Positions 16,508 to 26,094 are shown, counted from the stretch's first letter. The stretch is 64,000 bases of DNA from a bacterium (GCA_963652025.1 CAVJRU010000003.1:2168-66167); one strand, 5' to 3'. Made by a program: numbers and translations. The notes: generated from the sequence alone by a model not told the origin.

Positions 16508-18274
16508 ATGAATAAGATACGCACTTTTCTCTCATTATCCGCCGTTGCTCTTGCAGCCCTTTCCTGCGGCCCTAAGGACGGCGTTTATCAGTTTGACCTT
16601 TTCTCCACCAATGACGTGCACGGAAGCTATTTCGACTCCACCTACGTCTCTTCCCGCACGCGCAGTTCTCTGTTTGCCGTTAACCACTATGTGGACAGCG
16701 TCAGGAAAGCCAGGGGCGCTGAAAATGTGCTTCTGATTGATGCAGGAGACTGCCTTCAGGGGGATAATGCCGCATATTACTTCAATTATGTCGACACTGC
16801 CTCCACTCACGTGTATGCGAGGATGGTGAACTATATGAAATATGACGCCGTATGCGTGGGAAACCACGATGTTGAGACTGGACACGCGGTCTATGATAGG
16901 GTGAGAAAGCAGATGCAGATGCCTTGGTTTGCTGCGAATTATCCACGCACGGACGGTACCGGTGCCTATTTTGACGAATATAGGATTTTTAAGCGCAATG
17001 GTCTTCGCATAGCTGTTATCGGTGCCGGAAATGCAAACATTCGCGCCTGGCTCACCCAGTCTCTTTGGGACGGGATGGACTTCACTCCGATTGTTTCGAT
17101 GATGCAGGCGAAGGTGGATAGCGTGAAGGCTGTTGAAAAGCCTGATATCGTGATAGTTGCGACTCACACGGCAACTGGCGCCGGAGACGGTTCATCTCTT
17201 GAAGCCGAGGGACTTGACCTTTTCAAATCTCTCAAGGGCGTTGACCTTATTCTTTGCGCACACGACCATCGTCCATTCGTGACGGTGAATTCAGACAGCA
17301 CATTTGCCCTCATAAACTCCGGCAGTCATTGCCGCAACATCGGCCACGGCTCCATTAGTGTGGAGGTCAAGGGAGGCAAAGTCGTGTCAAAGAAAGTCTG
17401 TGCAGACCTCATCCCTGTGAAGAAAGAGCTTGTCGACACTACTATGCGCAATGTTTTCCGTAAGGACTACCTCGCAGTCAAGGCGTTCACAACGCAGAAG
17501 GTGGGGGCGCTTTTGAGTGACCTTAGCACCCGTGACGGCTACACCGGACAGTCTGACTACCTCAATCTTGTGCACCGCCTGGGACTTTCTCAGGAGGGAG
17601 TGGAACTTTCCATCGCGGCACCGCTCACTTTTGACGGAACAGTGAAGGCCGGAGAGCTTATCTATAACGACCTTTTCACCATCTATCCGTATGAAAATCA
17701 GATGTTTGTCGTGAGACTCAGCGGAAAGGAAATCAAAGACTATCTTGAGGCTTCTTACGACCAGTGGATTAACACCCTTTCAGCATCGCAGCTCTCAAAG
17801 AAGCCATCTGAGAGTTCTCCTGCACTTTTGAAAATCGACCGCAGGGCAGATCCTCGCACCGGCCGCTCAAGGTGGTCATTCCGTGCGCGTTCCTACAATT
17901 TCGACTCTGCTGCCGGACTGAACTACACTGTGGATGTTACCAAACCGAGAGGAAGCCGCATCCAGATTACTTCAATGGCTGACGGCACGCCTTTCGACTT
18001 CGAGAAGGAATACCGTGTGGCGATGACATCCTACCGTGCCTGTGGCGGCGGCGGACTTCTCAGCGCCGCAGGAGTTGACCCATCTGACATCGACTCCCGC
18101 ATAGTTGAGAGACTTCCTGAGTACAGGAATGTCCTGTATGACTATCTGAAGGCACATCCTATTATTGACCCATCGCAAGTCGGGGACCCGACAGTCGTGG
18201 GCCGCTGGGAGTTCGTACCTGCAAAGCTAGCGCAGCCGTATCTCCAGAATGACCTTAAACGCTTGTTTGATTAA
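16508..18274 (+). CDS. Bifunctional metallophosphatase / 5'-nucleotidase lipoprotein (UshA-like)
   Basis: The lipobox start is MNKIRTFLSLSAVALAALSCG (ATG 16508). Calcineurin-like motifs are NDVHG, DAGDCLQG and GNHD. A 5'-nucleotidase C-terminal domain follows. Confidence 0.85.
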   Translation: MNKIRTFLSLSAVALAALSCGPKDGVYQFDLFSTNDVHGSYFDSTYVSSRTRSSLFAVNHYVDSVRKARGAENVLLIDAGDCLQGDNAAYYFNYVDTASTHVYARMVNYMKYDAVCVGNHDVETGHAVYDRVRKQMQMPWFAANYPRTDGTGAYFDEYRIFKRNGLRIAVIGAGNANIRAWLTQSLWDGMDFTPIVSMMQAKVDSVKAVEKPDIVIVATHTATGAGDGSSLEAEGLDLFKSLKGVDLILCAHDHRPFVTVNSDSTFALINSGSHCRNIGHGSISVEVKGGKVVSKKVCADLIPVKKELVDTTMRNVFRKDYLAVKAFTTQKVGALLSDLSTRDGYTGQSDYLNLVHRLGLSQEGVELSIAAPLTFDGTVKAGELIYNDLFTIYPYENQMFVVRLSGKEIKDYLEASYDQWINTLSASQLSKKPSESSPALLKIDRRADPRTGRSRWSFRARSYNFDSAAGLNYTVDVTKPRGSRIQITSMADGTPFDFEKEYRVAMTSYRACGGGGLLSAAGVDPSDIDSRIVERLPEYRNVLYDYLKAHPIIDPSQVGDPTVVGRWEFVPAKLAQPYLQNDLKRLFD

Positions 18275-18280
18275 ATAAAA

Positions 18281-18312
18281 AAAAGGATGACCAAAAAGTC
18301 ATCCTTTTTTTT
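18281..18312. terminator. Intrinsic terminator hairpin after the 5'-nucleotidase gene
   Basis: AAAAGGATGAC-CAAAAA-GTCATCCTTTT followed by a T-run, flanked by an A-run, so it could work in both directions. Confidence 0.7.
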
Positions 18313-18364
18313 GTGAACGCAGTAGACCGCTTTCAGTCAAACTATTTTTGTGTGCGGTGGGAAA

Positions 18365-18483
18365 GAGGTTGAATAAAAAGATGGGATACAAGGCTTGCGA
18401 CGACGCGAAAACCGCAGCAACCTAAGGGTTGTGAGGATTTTCGCTAGGAGCGTAACGCAGTAGACCGCTTTTTAGTCAACCTC
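18365..18483. repeat. ~119-bp structured intergenic element B (same family as 11605-11724), preceded by a partial copy at 18315-18342
   Basis: The outer stem is GAGGTTGAATAAAAAG / CTTTTTAGTCAACCTC. The inner stem is GCGAAAA / TTTTCGC, and the apical hairpin is CAACC-TAAG-GGTTG. The 3' module AACGCAGTAGACCGCTTT is repeated at 18316-18333. Confidence 0.6.
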
Positions 18484-18485
18484 TT

Positions 18486-19313
18486 TTATAATGTTGAAAT
18501 CAGTCGTATAAACAGCCGATTCATCCGGTCTGCTGCCGCATCCGCCGCACGAAGAATCTCGTTTTCGTCGGTCACGTAGTCGTCAGGATTGCTGTGCGCC
18601 TCGTCAGTGATGACGGAAATTCCGAATACCCTCAGTCCGCAATGCCTTGCCGCGATTACCTCCGGTGTGGTGGACATTCCCACGGCATCGGCTCCAATGT
18701 TGCGGAAGAAATTGTACTCCGCCGGAGTCTCGTATGTAGGTCCCGTGCAGGCGAGGTAGACTCCTTCTTTAAGATCGATGCTTTCCTCTGCTGCTATCTG
18801 CTTGATTTGATTTATCAGCCCCGGGTCGTACGGCCTTGTCATATCCGGGAATCTCGGACCGAGGTCCTCGTAGTTTGGCCCGATGAGCGGATTCGGCAGC
18901 ATATTGATGTGGTCGCGGATTATCATAAGGTCACCGATGTGAAAACTGAAGTTCACTCCTCCGGCGGCATTGGAAACCAGAAGTGTGCTGATTCCCAGTA
19001 CTTTCATAACCCTCACCGGAAGAACCACCTGTTGCATCGGGTAGCCTTCGTAACTGTGGTAGCGTCCCTGCATCGCGATGACCGTCTTGCCCCCGAGTTC
19101 TCCCACAATGAAATTTCCCTTGTGGCCGATGGCTGTAGCCTTTGGCAGGCCCGGCAATTCATTGTACGGGATGGTGATGGCATTTTCAATCTTATCCACA
19201 AGTTTTCCAAGTCCGCTGCCAAGCACAATTCCCACTTCCGGCTTTCTCTCCGCTCCGATTCTCTTTTGAAGCGCAGCTGCGGCTTCGACTATTTTTGCAT
19301 ATCTTTCGTCCAT
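18486..19313 (-). CDS. Trimeric-type purine nucleoside phosphorylase paralogue 1 (Asp at the purine-specificity position)
   Basis: 275 aa. It is collinear with the human/PunA-type PNP C-terminus ([33 protein letters not shown]). Asp237 (codon 18603-18605) aligns with human PNP Asn243. Confidence 0.9.
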   Translation of the reverse strand: MDERYAKIVEAAAALQKRIGAERKPEVGIVLGSGLGKLVDKIENAITIPYNELPGLPKATAIGHKGNFIVGELGGKTVIAMQGRYHSYEGYPMQQVVLPVRVMKVLGISTLLVSNAAGGVNFSFHIGDLMIIRDHINMLPNPLIGPNYEDLGPRFPDMTRPYDPGLINQIKQIAAEESIDLKEGVYLACTGPTYETPAEYNFFRNIGADAVGMSTTPEVIAARHCGLRVFGISVITDEAHSNPDDYVTDENEILRAADAAADRMNRLFIRLISTL

Positions 19314-19353
19314 AAATTTTCTGATTTAAGTTTTACAAGTCACTCCTTAGCCC

Positions 19354-20181
19354 TTACAGCGACTCTATGAGTCTTACGAACAGAAGGCTCATCCTTCCGG
19401 TTGCCGCATCTGCTGCCCTTACGACGTCATCACCGTCGTTGAAGTAGTCTTCGGGGTAGTCGTCGTGTGCTTCGTTGGTGATTACCGACATACCAAAAAC
19501 AGGAATGTTGCTGTGTCGGGCCACGATTACCTCAGGAATGGTGGACATACCCACGGCATCTCCGCCGGCAAGACGGAAATACTTGTACTCGGCAGGAGTC
19601 TCGTATGAAGGGCCCGTGCCGGCGATGTATACGCCTTTCTTAACCGGGATGTTGAGTTCCGCCGCGATGAATTCCGCCTTCTTTATGAGAGTCTGGTCGT
19701 AGGGCCTTGTCATATCCGGGAATCTTGGACCGAACTCCTCCAGGTTTTTCCCGATGAGAGGGTTGGGGAGCAGGTTGATGTGGTCACGGATTATCATAAG
19801 GTCGCCGACTTTGTAGTCGTAATTCACTCCGCCTGCAGCGTTGGACACGAAAAGGTACTGTATGCCAAGCATTTTCATAACCCTGATTGGCAGCGTCACA
19901 AGGTCCATTGAGTAGCCCTCGTAATAATGGAATCTTCCCTGCATTGCGATGACCTCTTTGCCGCCAAGTTTACCCGCTACGAAGTTTCCCTTGTGCCCGA
20001 TTGCTGTCGAGGCAGGAAATCCCGGGATTTGAGAGTAGGGAATCACTGTCGGATTCTCTATTTTGCCGGCAAGTTCTCCGAGCCCGCTTCCGAGCACGAT
20101 GCCGACCAGGGGAGTGCGTCCGGCGATTTTCGCCCTCACAAACTCCGTTGCTTTTTGTATTCTTTCTATTCTTTCGTCCAT
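19354..20181 (-). CDS. punA: Trimeric-type purine nucleoside phosphorylase paralogue 2 (canonical Asn)
   Basis: 275 aa. It contains [32 protein letters not shown], with Asn236 (codon 19474-19476) at the 6-oxopurine specificity position. By eye it is roughly 60% identical to paralogue 1. Confidence 0.9.
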   Translation of the reverse strand: MDERIERIQKATEFVRAKIAGRTPLVGIVLGSGLGELAGKIENPTVIPYSQIPGFPASTAIGHKGNFVAGKLGGKEVIAMQGRFHYYEGYSMDLVTLPIRVMKMLGIQYLFVSNAAGGVNYDYKVGDLMIIRDHINLLPNPLIGKNLEEFGPRFPDMTRPYDQTLIKKAEFIAAELNIPVKKGVYIAGTGPSYETPAEYKYFRLAGGDAVGMSTIPEVIVARHSNIPVFGMSVITNEAHDDYPEDYFNDGDDVVRAADAATGRMSLLFVRLIESL

Positions 20182-20248
20182 AATATAGATAGTTAGTTTA
20201 AGCCGGCGCTGCTTTTGACGGCGCAGGCCTTATTAAATGTGTAATGTT

Positions 20249-21514
20249 TTAATGTCTGATGTTGTCGAGGACTCTGCGGGCCTCGGAGAGAATTTCCCTT
20301 TCTCCCTCCACTTTGCGGCCGCGCATAACGAACCGTCCGTTGCAGATGACCGAGTCTATGCAGTCGCTGTGTGCGGAATAAACCAGTCCTGCAAGAAACG
20401 AGCCCGGGGAGAGGAAATTGTAGTTGTCCGTGTCCACGATGCAGATGTCGGCAATCCTTCCCTCCTCAATCCTTCCGGTCTGAAGCCCGAGAGCATCCGC
20501 ACCGTTAAGTGTCGCCATATCAAGCAGTTCGTCGAGCGGGCAAACTGTCGGGTCTTTTCTCCAGCCTTTCTGTATCATTGCCGTGGTCTTCATAGCTTCC
20601 AGCATATCGAGGTTGTTCGACGACGCGCAACCGTCCGTTCCGATGCAGACCTTGCACCCGGCCTCCTTTAATTCTTTGTAGGCGAAATTGTAGCCGCTGC
20701 TTAGCTTGAGATTCGAGTTTATGTTGTGGACGCAGGTGACCTTGTAGCGTCCTAGAAGTTCAATGTCGTGGTCTGAGAGCCACAGTGTGTGCGCCGCGAC
20801 GAGGTTCGGTCCGAGTACGCCGATGCTCTCAAGATATTCCACCGGACTGAGCCCCCCGTGAGCGGCCCGGCTGTCCTCCACTTCCTTTTTTGTCTCGGAG
20901 AGGTGGATGTGCAGCGGAAGGTTGTGGGAACGTGCGAACTCCGCGGCCCAGATCATCATCGGCTCACTCACGGAGTAGGGCGCGTGGAATGCCATCGAGA
21001 ACCTCAGGTTTTTCTCCCACTGTTTCGACGCTTCGTACATCTTCCAGCATCGGATTTTTTCAATTTCGTTCTCCGTGTCGGTCATCTTGTTGATTACCAC
21101 GTAGGAAGACACTGGGCGTATGCCCATCTCGACGGCGGCCTTGTGGGCGACGAGAGGATACCAGTAGTGGTCGTTGAAGGTGGTCGTTCCGGTCTTTATC
21201 ATTTCAAGGCAGGCGACTTTTGTCCCCCAGTACACGAATTCTTCGTCAAGATGCGATTCTATTTCCCAGACTTTCGCAAGCCACTCGTGGAACGCTATAT
21301 CCTCTCCGACTCCGCGAAGCAGCGACATCGCCGCGTGGGTGTGCATATTCACAAAGCCGGGAATGGCCGCTTTTGTGCTGCAATCAACGCTTTCGAGGGC
21401 CGCTTCCTCAGGGGCGGACCCGGATGGAGCAATCTTCGCGATTATGTCCGCGTCGATGTAAATGTCGCTCCTCTGGCCGTTGCAAAGAATATTTTTAAGA
21501 AGAATGTCGTGCAT
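20249..21514 (-). CDS. mtaD: Amidohydrolase-superfamily nucleoside deaminase, MtaD-like (5'-methylthioadenosine / S-adenosylhomocysteine / 5'-deoxyadenosine deaminase family)
   Basis: 421 aa. Metal-ligand motifs are FVNMHTHAAMS, HIHLSETKKEV, VHNINSNLKLSSG and IGTDGCASSNNLDM. Confidence 0.8.
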   Translation of the reverse strand: MHDILLKNILCNGQRSDIYIDADIIAKIAPSGSAPEEAALESVDCSTKAAIPGFVNMHTHAAMSLLRGVGEDIAFHEWLAKVWEIESHLDEEFVYWGTKVACLEMIKTGTTTFNDHYWYPLVAHKAAVEMGIRPVSSYVVINKMTDTENEIEKIRCWKMYEASKQWEKNLRFSMAFHAPYSVSEPMMIWAAEFARSHNLPLHIHLSETKKEVEDSRAAHGGLSPVEYLESIGVLGPNLVAAHTLWLSDHDIELLGRYKVTCVHNINSNLKLSSGYNFAYKELKEAGCKVCIGTDGCASSNNLDMLEAMKTTAMIQKGWRKDPTVCPLDELLDMATLNGADALGLQTGRIEEGRIADICIVDTDNYNFLSPGSFLAGLVYSAHSDCIDSVICNGRFVMRGRKVEGEREILSEARRVLDNIRH

Positions 21515-21573
21515 ACGAAATCGTTAAATTTCCCAAAGATAGGAATTTTCTTTGAGATTTCCCATATTCTTGC

Positions 21574-21581
21574 TATATTTG
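21574..21581 (+). promoter_or_regulatory. -7 promoter box TATATTTG for the zapA operon
   Basis: A TAnnTTTG match 26 nt upstream of ATG 21607. Confidence 0.4.
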
Positions 21582-21606
21582 CAAAGTAGGTTTGAAATGC
21601 AACGAT

Positions 21607-21879
21607 ATGCTCGAAAACGTAAGACAGCAATATATCCGTTTGGTTTCTGCTTTTGAAAAAGAGAAAGCGGAACGAATGAGGCTGGAAAGTGAGAACGAGC
21701 GCCTGGCGGGGCAGTGCAAGTCCTACGTGGAAAAGATTACTGAGTTAGAAAAGAAGATCGACAACCTTAAACTCGCAAACGCATTTTCGGGCGCAAACGA
21801 AAGCACCCCGGAGGCGAAACGGAAGATTGAAGCTCTTGTGAAGGAGATTGACAGGTGTATAAGTTTGATGGAGGGCTGA
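21607..21879 (+). CDS. Small coiled-coil protein upstream of zapA (ZapB-like role possible)
   Basis: 90 aa from ATG 21607 (the track start 21592 is TTG). The sequence is heptad-rich (ERLAGQCKSYVEKITELEKKIDNLKL). Its stop is adjacent to the zapA start. Confidence 0.45.
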   Translation: MLENVRQQYIRLVSAFEKEKAERMRLESENERLAGQCKSYVEKITELEKKIDNLKLANAFSGANESTPEAKRKIEALVKEIDRCISLMEG

Positions 21880-21880
21880 T

Positions 21881-22171
21881 ATGGAACGAAGCATTACAGT
21901 GAAGATTCTCGGCAAGGACTACCTCTTGAAGGCAACCTCTGAGAAGCACGAGCAGTTCATTCGCAAGGCGGCGGCGAGCATAAACACAATCTTCGACTCC
22001 TACAACGAAAAGTATTCAGGTGCATCGTCAAGAGAGGACATTCTCGTTTTTATGGCGCTGAATATATGTATGAAGAACCTTAACTATCAGGAACAGATGG
22101 TGGCTCTTCAGAAAGAAGCGGAGAATCTCGAAAAAGAGATGAAAGGTTATATCGAGAACATTGAACGATAA
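21881..22171 (+). CDS. zapA: Cell division protein ZapA
   Basis: 96 aa. MERSITVKILGKDYLLKATSEKHEQFIRKAAASIN has the typical ZapA N-terminal pattern. Confidence 0.8.
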   Translation: MERSITVKILGKDYLLKATSEKHEQFIRKAAASINTIFDSYNEKYSGASSREDILVFMALNICMKNLNYQEQMVALQKEAENLEKEMKGYIENIER

Positions 22172-22355
22172 TCCGTTAGCTACTCATCTGCTGAAATCAA
22201 CACCAATTCGGTAACAGAGTATGCTCGGGAAGGGGAAGACGGACCTAGGTGACCCTTCGGGGGATTCCGCTTGCGGGACGGAGGATTTCTGAACCTTACG
22301 GAACTCAAATCTTAATTTATTTAAGGTTTCTGTCAATCGGGCTAACGGATTTTTT
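22172..22355 (+). ncRNA. ssrS: Candidate 6S RNA (about 180 nt, long irregular hairpin)
   Basis: It starts immediately after the zapA stop. The 5' TCCGTTAGC (22172-22180) pairs with the 3' GCTAACGGA (22340-22348), and a T7 run follows. Further pairing is GAAATC/GGTTTC. The 3' side of the central region is A/T-rich and the apical part is GC-rich. The size and zapA-adjacent position mirror E. coli zapA-ssrS. Confidence 0.55.
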
Positions 22356-22357
22356 TA

Positions 22358-22396
22358 TAAAGTGGTCGTTTCCTTGAGGGGGCGGCCACTTTTTTT
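22358..22396 (+). terminator. Second hairpin plus T-run downstream of the 6S-like RNA
   Basis: AAAGTGGTCG...CGGCCACTTT forms a 10-bp stem including one G.U pair, followed by TTTTTT. Confidence 0.55.
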
Positions 22397-22485
22397 GTGA
22401 AATAGCGCCTTGCTGAGGAAGAATTCATTCCGCGCTTGGCTCAAAGATAACGAATTTATTGATAATAACTTAATAACTATTTATT

Positions 22486-24024
22486 ATGATACTTTACTAT
22501 ATAATTGCAGCCCTTGCCGGCGCAGCCATTGGAATCGGGGGATATATCCTCGTGAGGCGTTTTGTTATGAAGGGTCGTAAGGACGAAATCATTGAACAGG
22601 CCACTCGTGAGGCTGAAAACATAAAGCAGGAAAAGATTTTTCAGGCAAAGGAGAAGTTCCTCCAGCTCAAGAGCGAACACGAAAAGAGCGTAAATGAGCG
22701 CAATGCCGCCATCAAGGAGACCGAAAGCCGTCTGAAGCAGAAGGAAAACACTCTGAATCAGCAGAATGCAGAGCTTCAGCGCAAGCAGAAAGAGGCGGAT
22801 TCCATCAGGGAGAACCTCAAAGCGCAGGTAGAGATTGCTAACCGCAAATGCGACGAGTACAACCGTCTCCGCGAAGAGGCCAACCATCAGATTGAGAACA
22901 TAGCCGGGATGACCGCCCAGGAAGCTAAGAACACTCTTATGGAGAATATGAAAGCCGAGGCGAGGACTGAGGCTCAGTCCTACATCAATGATATGATGGA
23001 TGACGCCAGGCTCAATGCGACAAAAGAGGCTAAGAGAATCATAATCAACACCATACAGCGTACGGCTACTGAGACTGCAATTGAAAATGCAGTGACAGTC
23101 TTCAATATCGAAAGTGACGAAATCAAGGGTCGCATCATCGGCCGTGAGGGACGTAACATCCGTGCTCTTGAGGCTGCAACCGGTGTTGAAATCGTTGTGG
23201 ACGACACCCCTGACGCAATCCTTCTTTCTGCCTTCGACCCTGTCCGCAGGGAGGTGGCCCGTCTGGCTCTCCACCAGCTCGTTGTAGATGGCCGTATTCA
23301 CCCGGCCCGCATTGAGGAAGTTGTGACAAAGGTTCAGAAGCAGCTTGAGGAAGAGATTCTTGAAATCGGTAAGAGAACCTGCATCGACCTGGGCATCCAC
23401 GGAATCCACATCGAACTCATCAAACTTATCGGTAGGATGAAGTATCGTTCATCATACGGACAGAACCTTCTCCAGCACGCCCGTGAGGTGGCAAACATCG
23501 CTGCAACAATGGCTTCCGAACTCGGACTTAATCCTAAGGCGGCGAAGAGGGCAGGTCTGTTGCACGATATCGGAAAAGTTTCCGACGAGGACCCGGATCT
23601 TCCTCACGCACTTCTCGGTATGAAACTCGCGGAGCAGTACAAGGAGCGTCCTGAAATCTGCAACGCCATCGGTGCTCACCACGAGGAAATCGAGATGACC
23701 TCAATCCTTTCTCCTATCATCCAGGTGGCCGACGCCATCTCAGGTGCAAGGCCTGGAGCACGCCGTGAGGTAATCGAGTCCTACATCAAGAGGCTCAAGG
23801 ACCTGGAGAACATCGGTCAGTCATATCCGGGCGTTGTGAAAGCATACGCAATTCAGGCTGGTCGTGAGCTGAGGGTAATAGTCGGCGCGGAGCAGGTAAC
23901 TGACGCTCAGGCCGAGACGCTTTCATCCGACATCGCGAAGAAAATCCAGGACGAGATGACTTACCCGGGTCAGGTTAAGATTACCGTGATTCGTGAGACT
24001 CGCTCCGTCGCTTTCGCGAAGTAA
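22486..24024 (+). CDS. rny: Ribonuclease Y
   Basis: 512 aa. It has an N-terminal TM helix, a long coiled coil, a KH domain ([13 protein letters not shown]) and an HD domain (LLHDIGK). Confidence 0.95.
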   Translation: MILYYIIAALAGAAIGIGGYILVRRFVMKGRKDEIIEQATREAENIKQEKIFQAKEKFLQLKSEHEKSVNERNAAIKETESRLKQKENTLNQQNAELQRKQKEADSIRENLKAQVEIANRKCDEYNRLREEANHQIENIAGMTAQEAKNTLMENMKAEARTEAQSYINDMMDDARLNATKEAKRIIINTIQRTATETAIENAVTVFNIESDEIKGRIIGREGRNIRALEAATGVEIVVDDTPDAILLSAFDPVRREVARLALHQLVVDGRIHPARIEEVVTKVQKQLEEEILEIGKRTCIDLGIHGIHIELIKLIGRMKYRSSYGQNLLQHAREVANIAATMASELGLNPKAAKRAGLLHDIGKVSDEDPDLPHALLGMKLAEQYKERPEICNAIGAHHEEIEMTSILSPIIQVADAISGARPGARREVIESYIKRLKDLENIGQSYPGVVKAYAIQAGRELRVIVGAEQVTDAQAETLSSDIAKKIQDEMTYPGQVKITVIRETRSVAFAK

Positions 24025-24075
24025 TTGAAGGGAGAGGCACTCCCGTCGCCGAAACTTTTTGTTTTTCGACTAGAT

Positions 24076-26013
24076 ATGAAAACAATTGTAAATAAACTTG
24101 TTATGCTGCTCGCGTTCTTCGTGGGCAGCATTTCTTCACTCTATGCTGACAATCTCGCCTGGACTGTGGAGACTCAGCGTGAGGGAGCTGTTTGTACTGT
24201 AACGTTTACGGGAAAACTCGCAGAGGGCTTCCATACCTATCCGATTACGGACGAGTTTTCAGCTCCGGAGATAGATTTCTCTGACCTTGTGAACTGCGAG
24301 AAGGACGGGGAACTCCTCGATAAGAGTGAAGTTAAACTTAGCGGTGAAGTCCGCACAGTGGAGGACGCGCTTGTCCTTGTCCAGAAGTTTAAGATTCTTG
24401 ACAACTCCAAAACAGCCTCCTTCAAAGCTGAATCTAGAGTTATCTGCTGTGAGCCAATAAGCTGCTATCCTCCTGAGTATCACAATTTTGATGTGAAACT
24501 CTCTGAGGGTGACGCTGTTGCCGCCTCCGCAGCATCTCCTGCAGACGAAAAAAATCTGTCTGAAGGCAATTCAAGCAGCGCCCCATTTGACTGGGGGCTT
24601 GTTCTCCAGGCCATTCTCTGGGGCTTTGCAATGCTGCTCACCCCGTGCGTATTCCCGATGATACCGATGACGGTGTCCTTCTTCCTCAAGAACTCCGGCA
24701 ATGCCCACAGGGGACGGTTCAACGCCTTTATGTACGGACTTTTCATTGTTCTGCTCTACACGGTTCCTATTTCCCTTATAATCCTCATCACCTGGATTGC
24801 CGGGGGAGATGCCGTGACAGCCGACATATTCAACTGGCTTGCGACCCACTGGCTGCCGAACATTATCTTCTTCGTGGTCTTTATGACCTTCGCAGCCTCT
24901 TTCTTCGGCGCGTTTGAAATCACTCTTCCGTCTTCCTGGGTGAACAAGGCTGACGGTAAATCGGACAAAAAAGGACTTGTCGGGGTGTTCTTTATGGCGC
25001 TTACCCTTGTGCTCGTTTCATTCTCCTGCACAGGCCCTATCGTAGGCACGGTGCTCATCCAGTCCACCTCCGGGCAGTTCTGGATGCCGATTGTGACGAT
25101 GTTCGCCTTTTCTGTAGCCTTTGCGCTTCCTTTTACCATCTTTGCTCTGTTCCCTTCACTGTTGGGACGCCTGAAGAGCGGAAGCTGGCTCGGCAGCGTC
25201 AAGGTCGTTCTTGGATTCATTGAGGTCGCACTCGGATTCAAGTTCCTCAGCGTCGCCGACCAGACCTATCATTGGGGCCTCCTGGACAGGGAAGTATATC
25301 TTGCAATCTGGATTGTTGTGTTCACCCTTCTGGGATTCTATCTCCTTGGAAAAATCAGGTTCGCGCACGATGAAAAAGTCGAACATATCTCTGTGAAAAG
25401 GCTCGCCCTTGCAATCCTGGACTTCACTTTTGTGGTATATATGATTCCAGGAATGTTCGGAGCCCCTCTTAAAGCTCTCAGCGGCTATCTTCCTCCAATC
25501 GAGACTCAGGATTTCGTCCTTGGGGCAAACACGGTGTCAGAGGTGAGTGCATCCTCCGTTTCCGAGTACGGCGAGCGTTACGACCTCAAGATGCCTCTCG
25601 GTCTTAAAGGGTATTTCACTCTTGAGGAGGGAATTAAGGCAGCAGGCAAGAGCGGAAAGCCGATTTTCGTGGACATAACCGGACACGGCTGCGTTAACTG
25701 CAGGGAAATGGAATCAAGGGTCTGGAGCGACCCGAAGGTGCTGGAACTTCTCTCAACTCGTTTTGAGGTTGTTGCGCTCTATGTGGATGACAAGAGCCGA
25801 CTTGACAAGGAGGATTGGGTAAAGGGAGAGAACGGTGACGTTTATAAGGAAATCGGCCGTGCAAATGCCTACATTGCCCGTACTCGTTTCAATGTGAATT
25901 CTCAGCCGAATTATATCCTTTTGGACAGCAAGGGTCAGCAGATAGCTCCCCCTCGCGGCTATGACCTCAGCATTCCGGACTTCATCGCCTTCCTGGAGCA
26001 AGCCCTGAACTAG
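24076..26013 (+). CDS. dsbD: Thiol:disulfide interchange protein DsbD-like (DsbD N-domain, cytochrome c biogenesis TM core, C-terminal thioredoxin fold)
   Basis: I place the start at ATG 24076 (MKTIVNKLVMLL). The TM core includes LLTPCVFPMIP and SFSCTGP. The C-terminal CxxC is GHGCVNCREME. Confidence 0.8.
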   Translation: MKTIVNKLVMLLAFFVGSISSLYADNLAWTVETQREGAVCTVTFTGKLAEGFHTYPITDEFSAPEIDFSDLVNCEKDGELLDKSEVKLSGEVRTVEDALVLVQKFKILDNSKTASFKAESRVICCEPISCYPPEYHNFDVKLSEGDAVAASAASPADEKNLSEGNSSSAPFDWGLVLQAILWGFAMLLTPCVFPMIPMTVSFFLKNSGNAHRGRFNAFMYGLFIVLLYTVPISLIILITWIAGGDAVTADIFNWLATHWLPNIIFFVVFMTFAASFFGAFEITLPSSWVNKADGKSDKKGLVGVFFMALTLVLVSFSCTGPIVGTVLIQSTSGQFWMPIVTMFAFSVAFALPFTIFALFPSLLGRLKSGSWLGSVKVVLGFIEVALGFKFLSVADQTYHWGLLDREVYLAIWIVVFTLLGFYLLGKIRFAHDEKVEHISVKRLALAILDFTFVVYMIPGMFGAPLKALSGYLPPIETQDFVLGANTVSEVSASSVSEYGERYDLKMPLGLKGYFTLEEGIKAAGKSGKPIFVDITGHGCVNCREMESRVWSDPKVLELLSTRFEVVALYVDDKSRLDKEDWVKGENGDVYKEIGRANAYIARTRFNVNSQPNYILLDSKGQQIAPPRGYDLSIPDFIAFLEQALN

Positions 26014-26060
26014 GGCGGAGGGCCTGGCAACGGGCCAATTCGCCGTTTGTGACAAAAACA

Positions 26061-26094
26061 AAAATCGGTTTCAAGAATCCTTGAAACCGATTTT
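26061..26094. terminator. Perfect 15-bp hairpin terminator after dsbD, bidirectional
   Basis: AAAATCGGTTTCAAG-AATC-CTTGAAACCGATTTT, flanked by A and T runs. It overlaps the last codons of the minus-strand 44-aa ORF. Confidence 0.7.
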
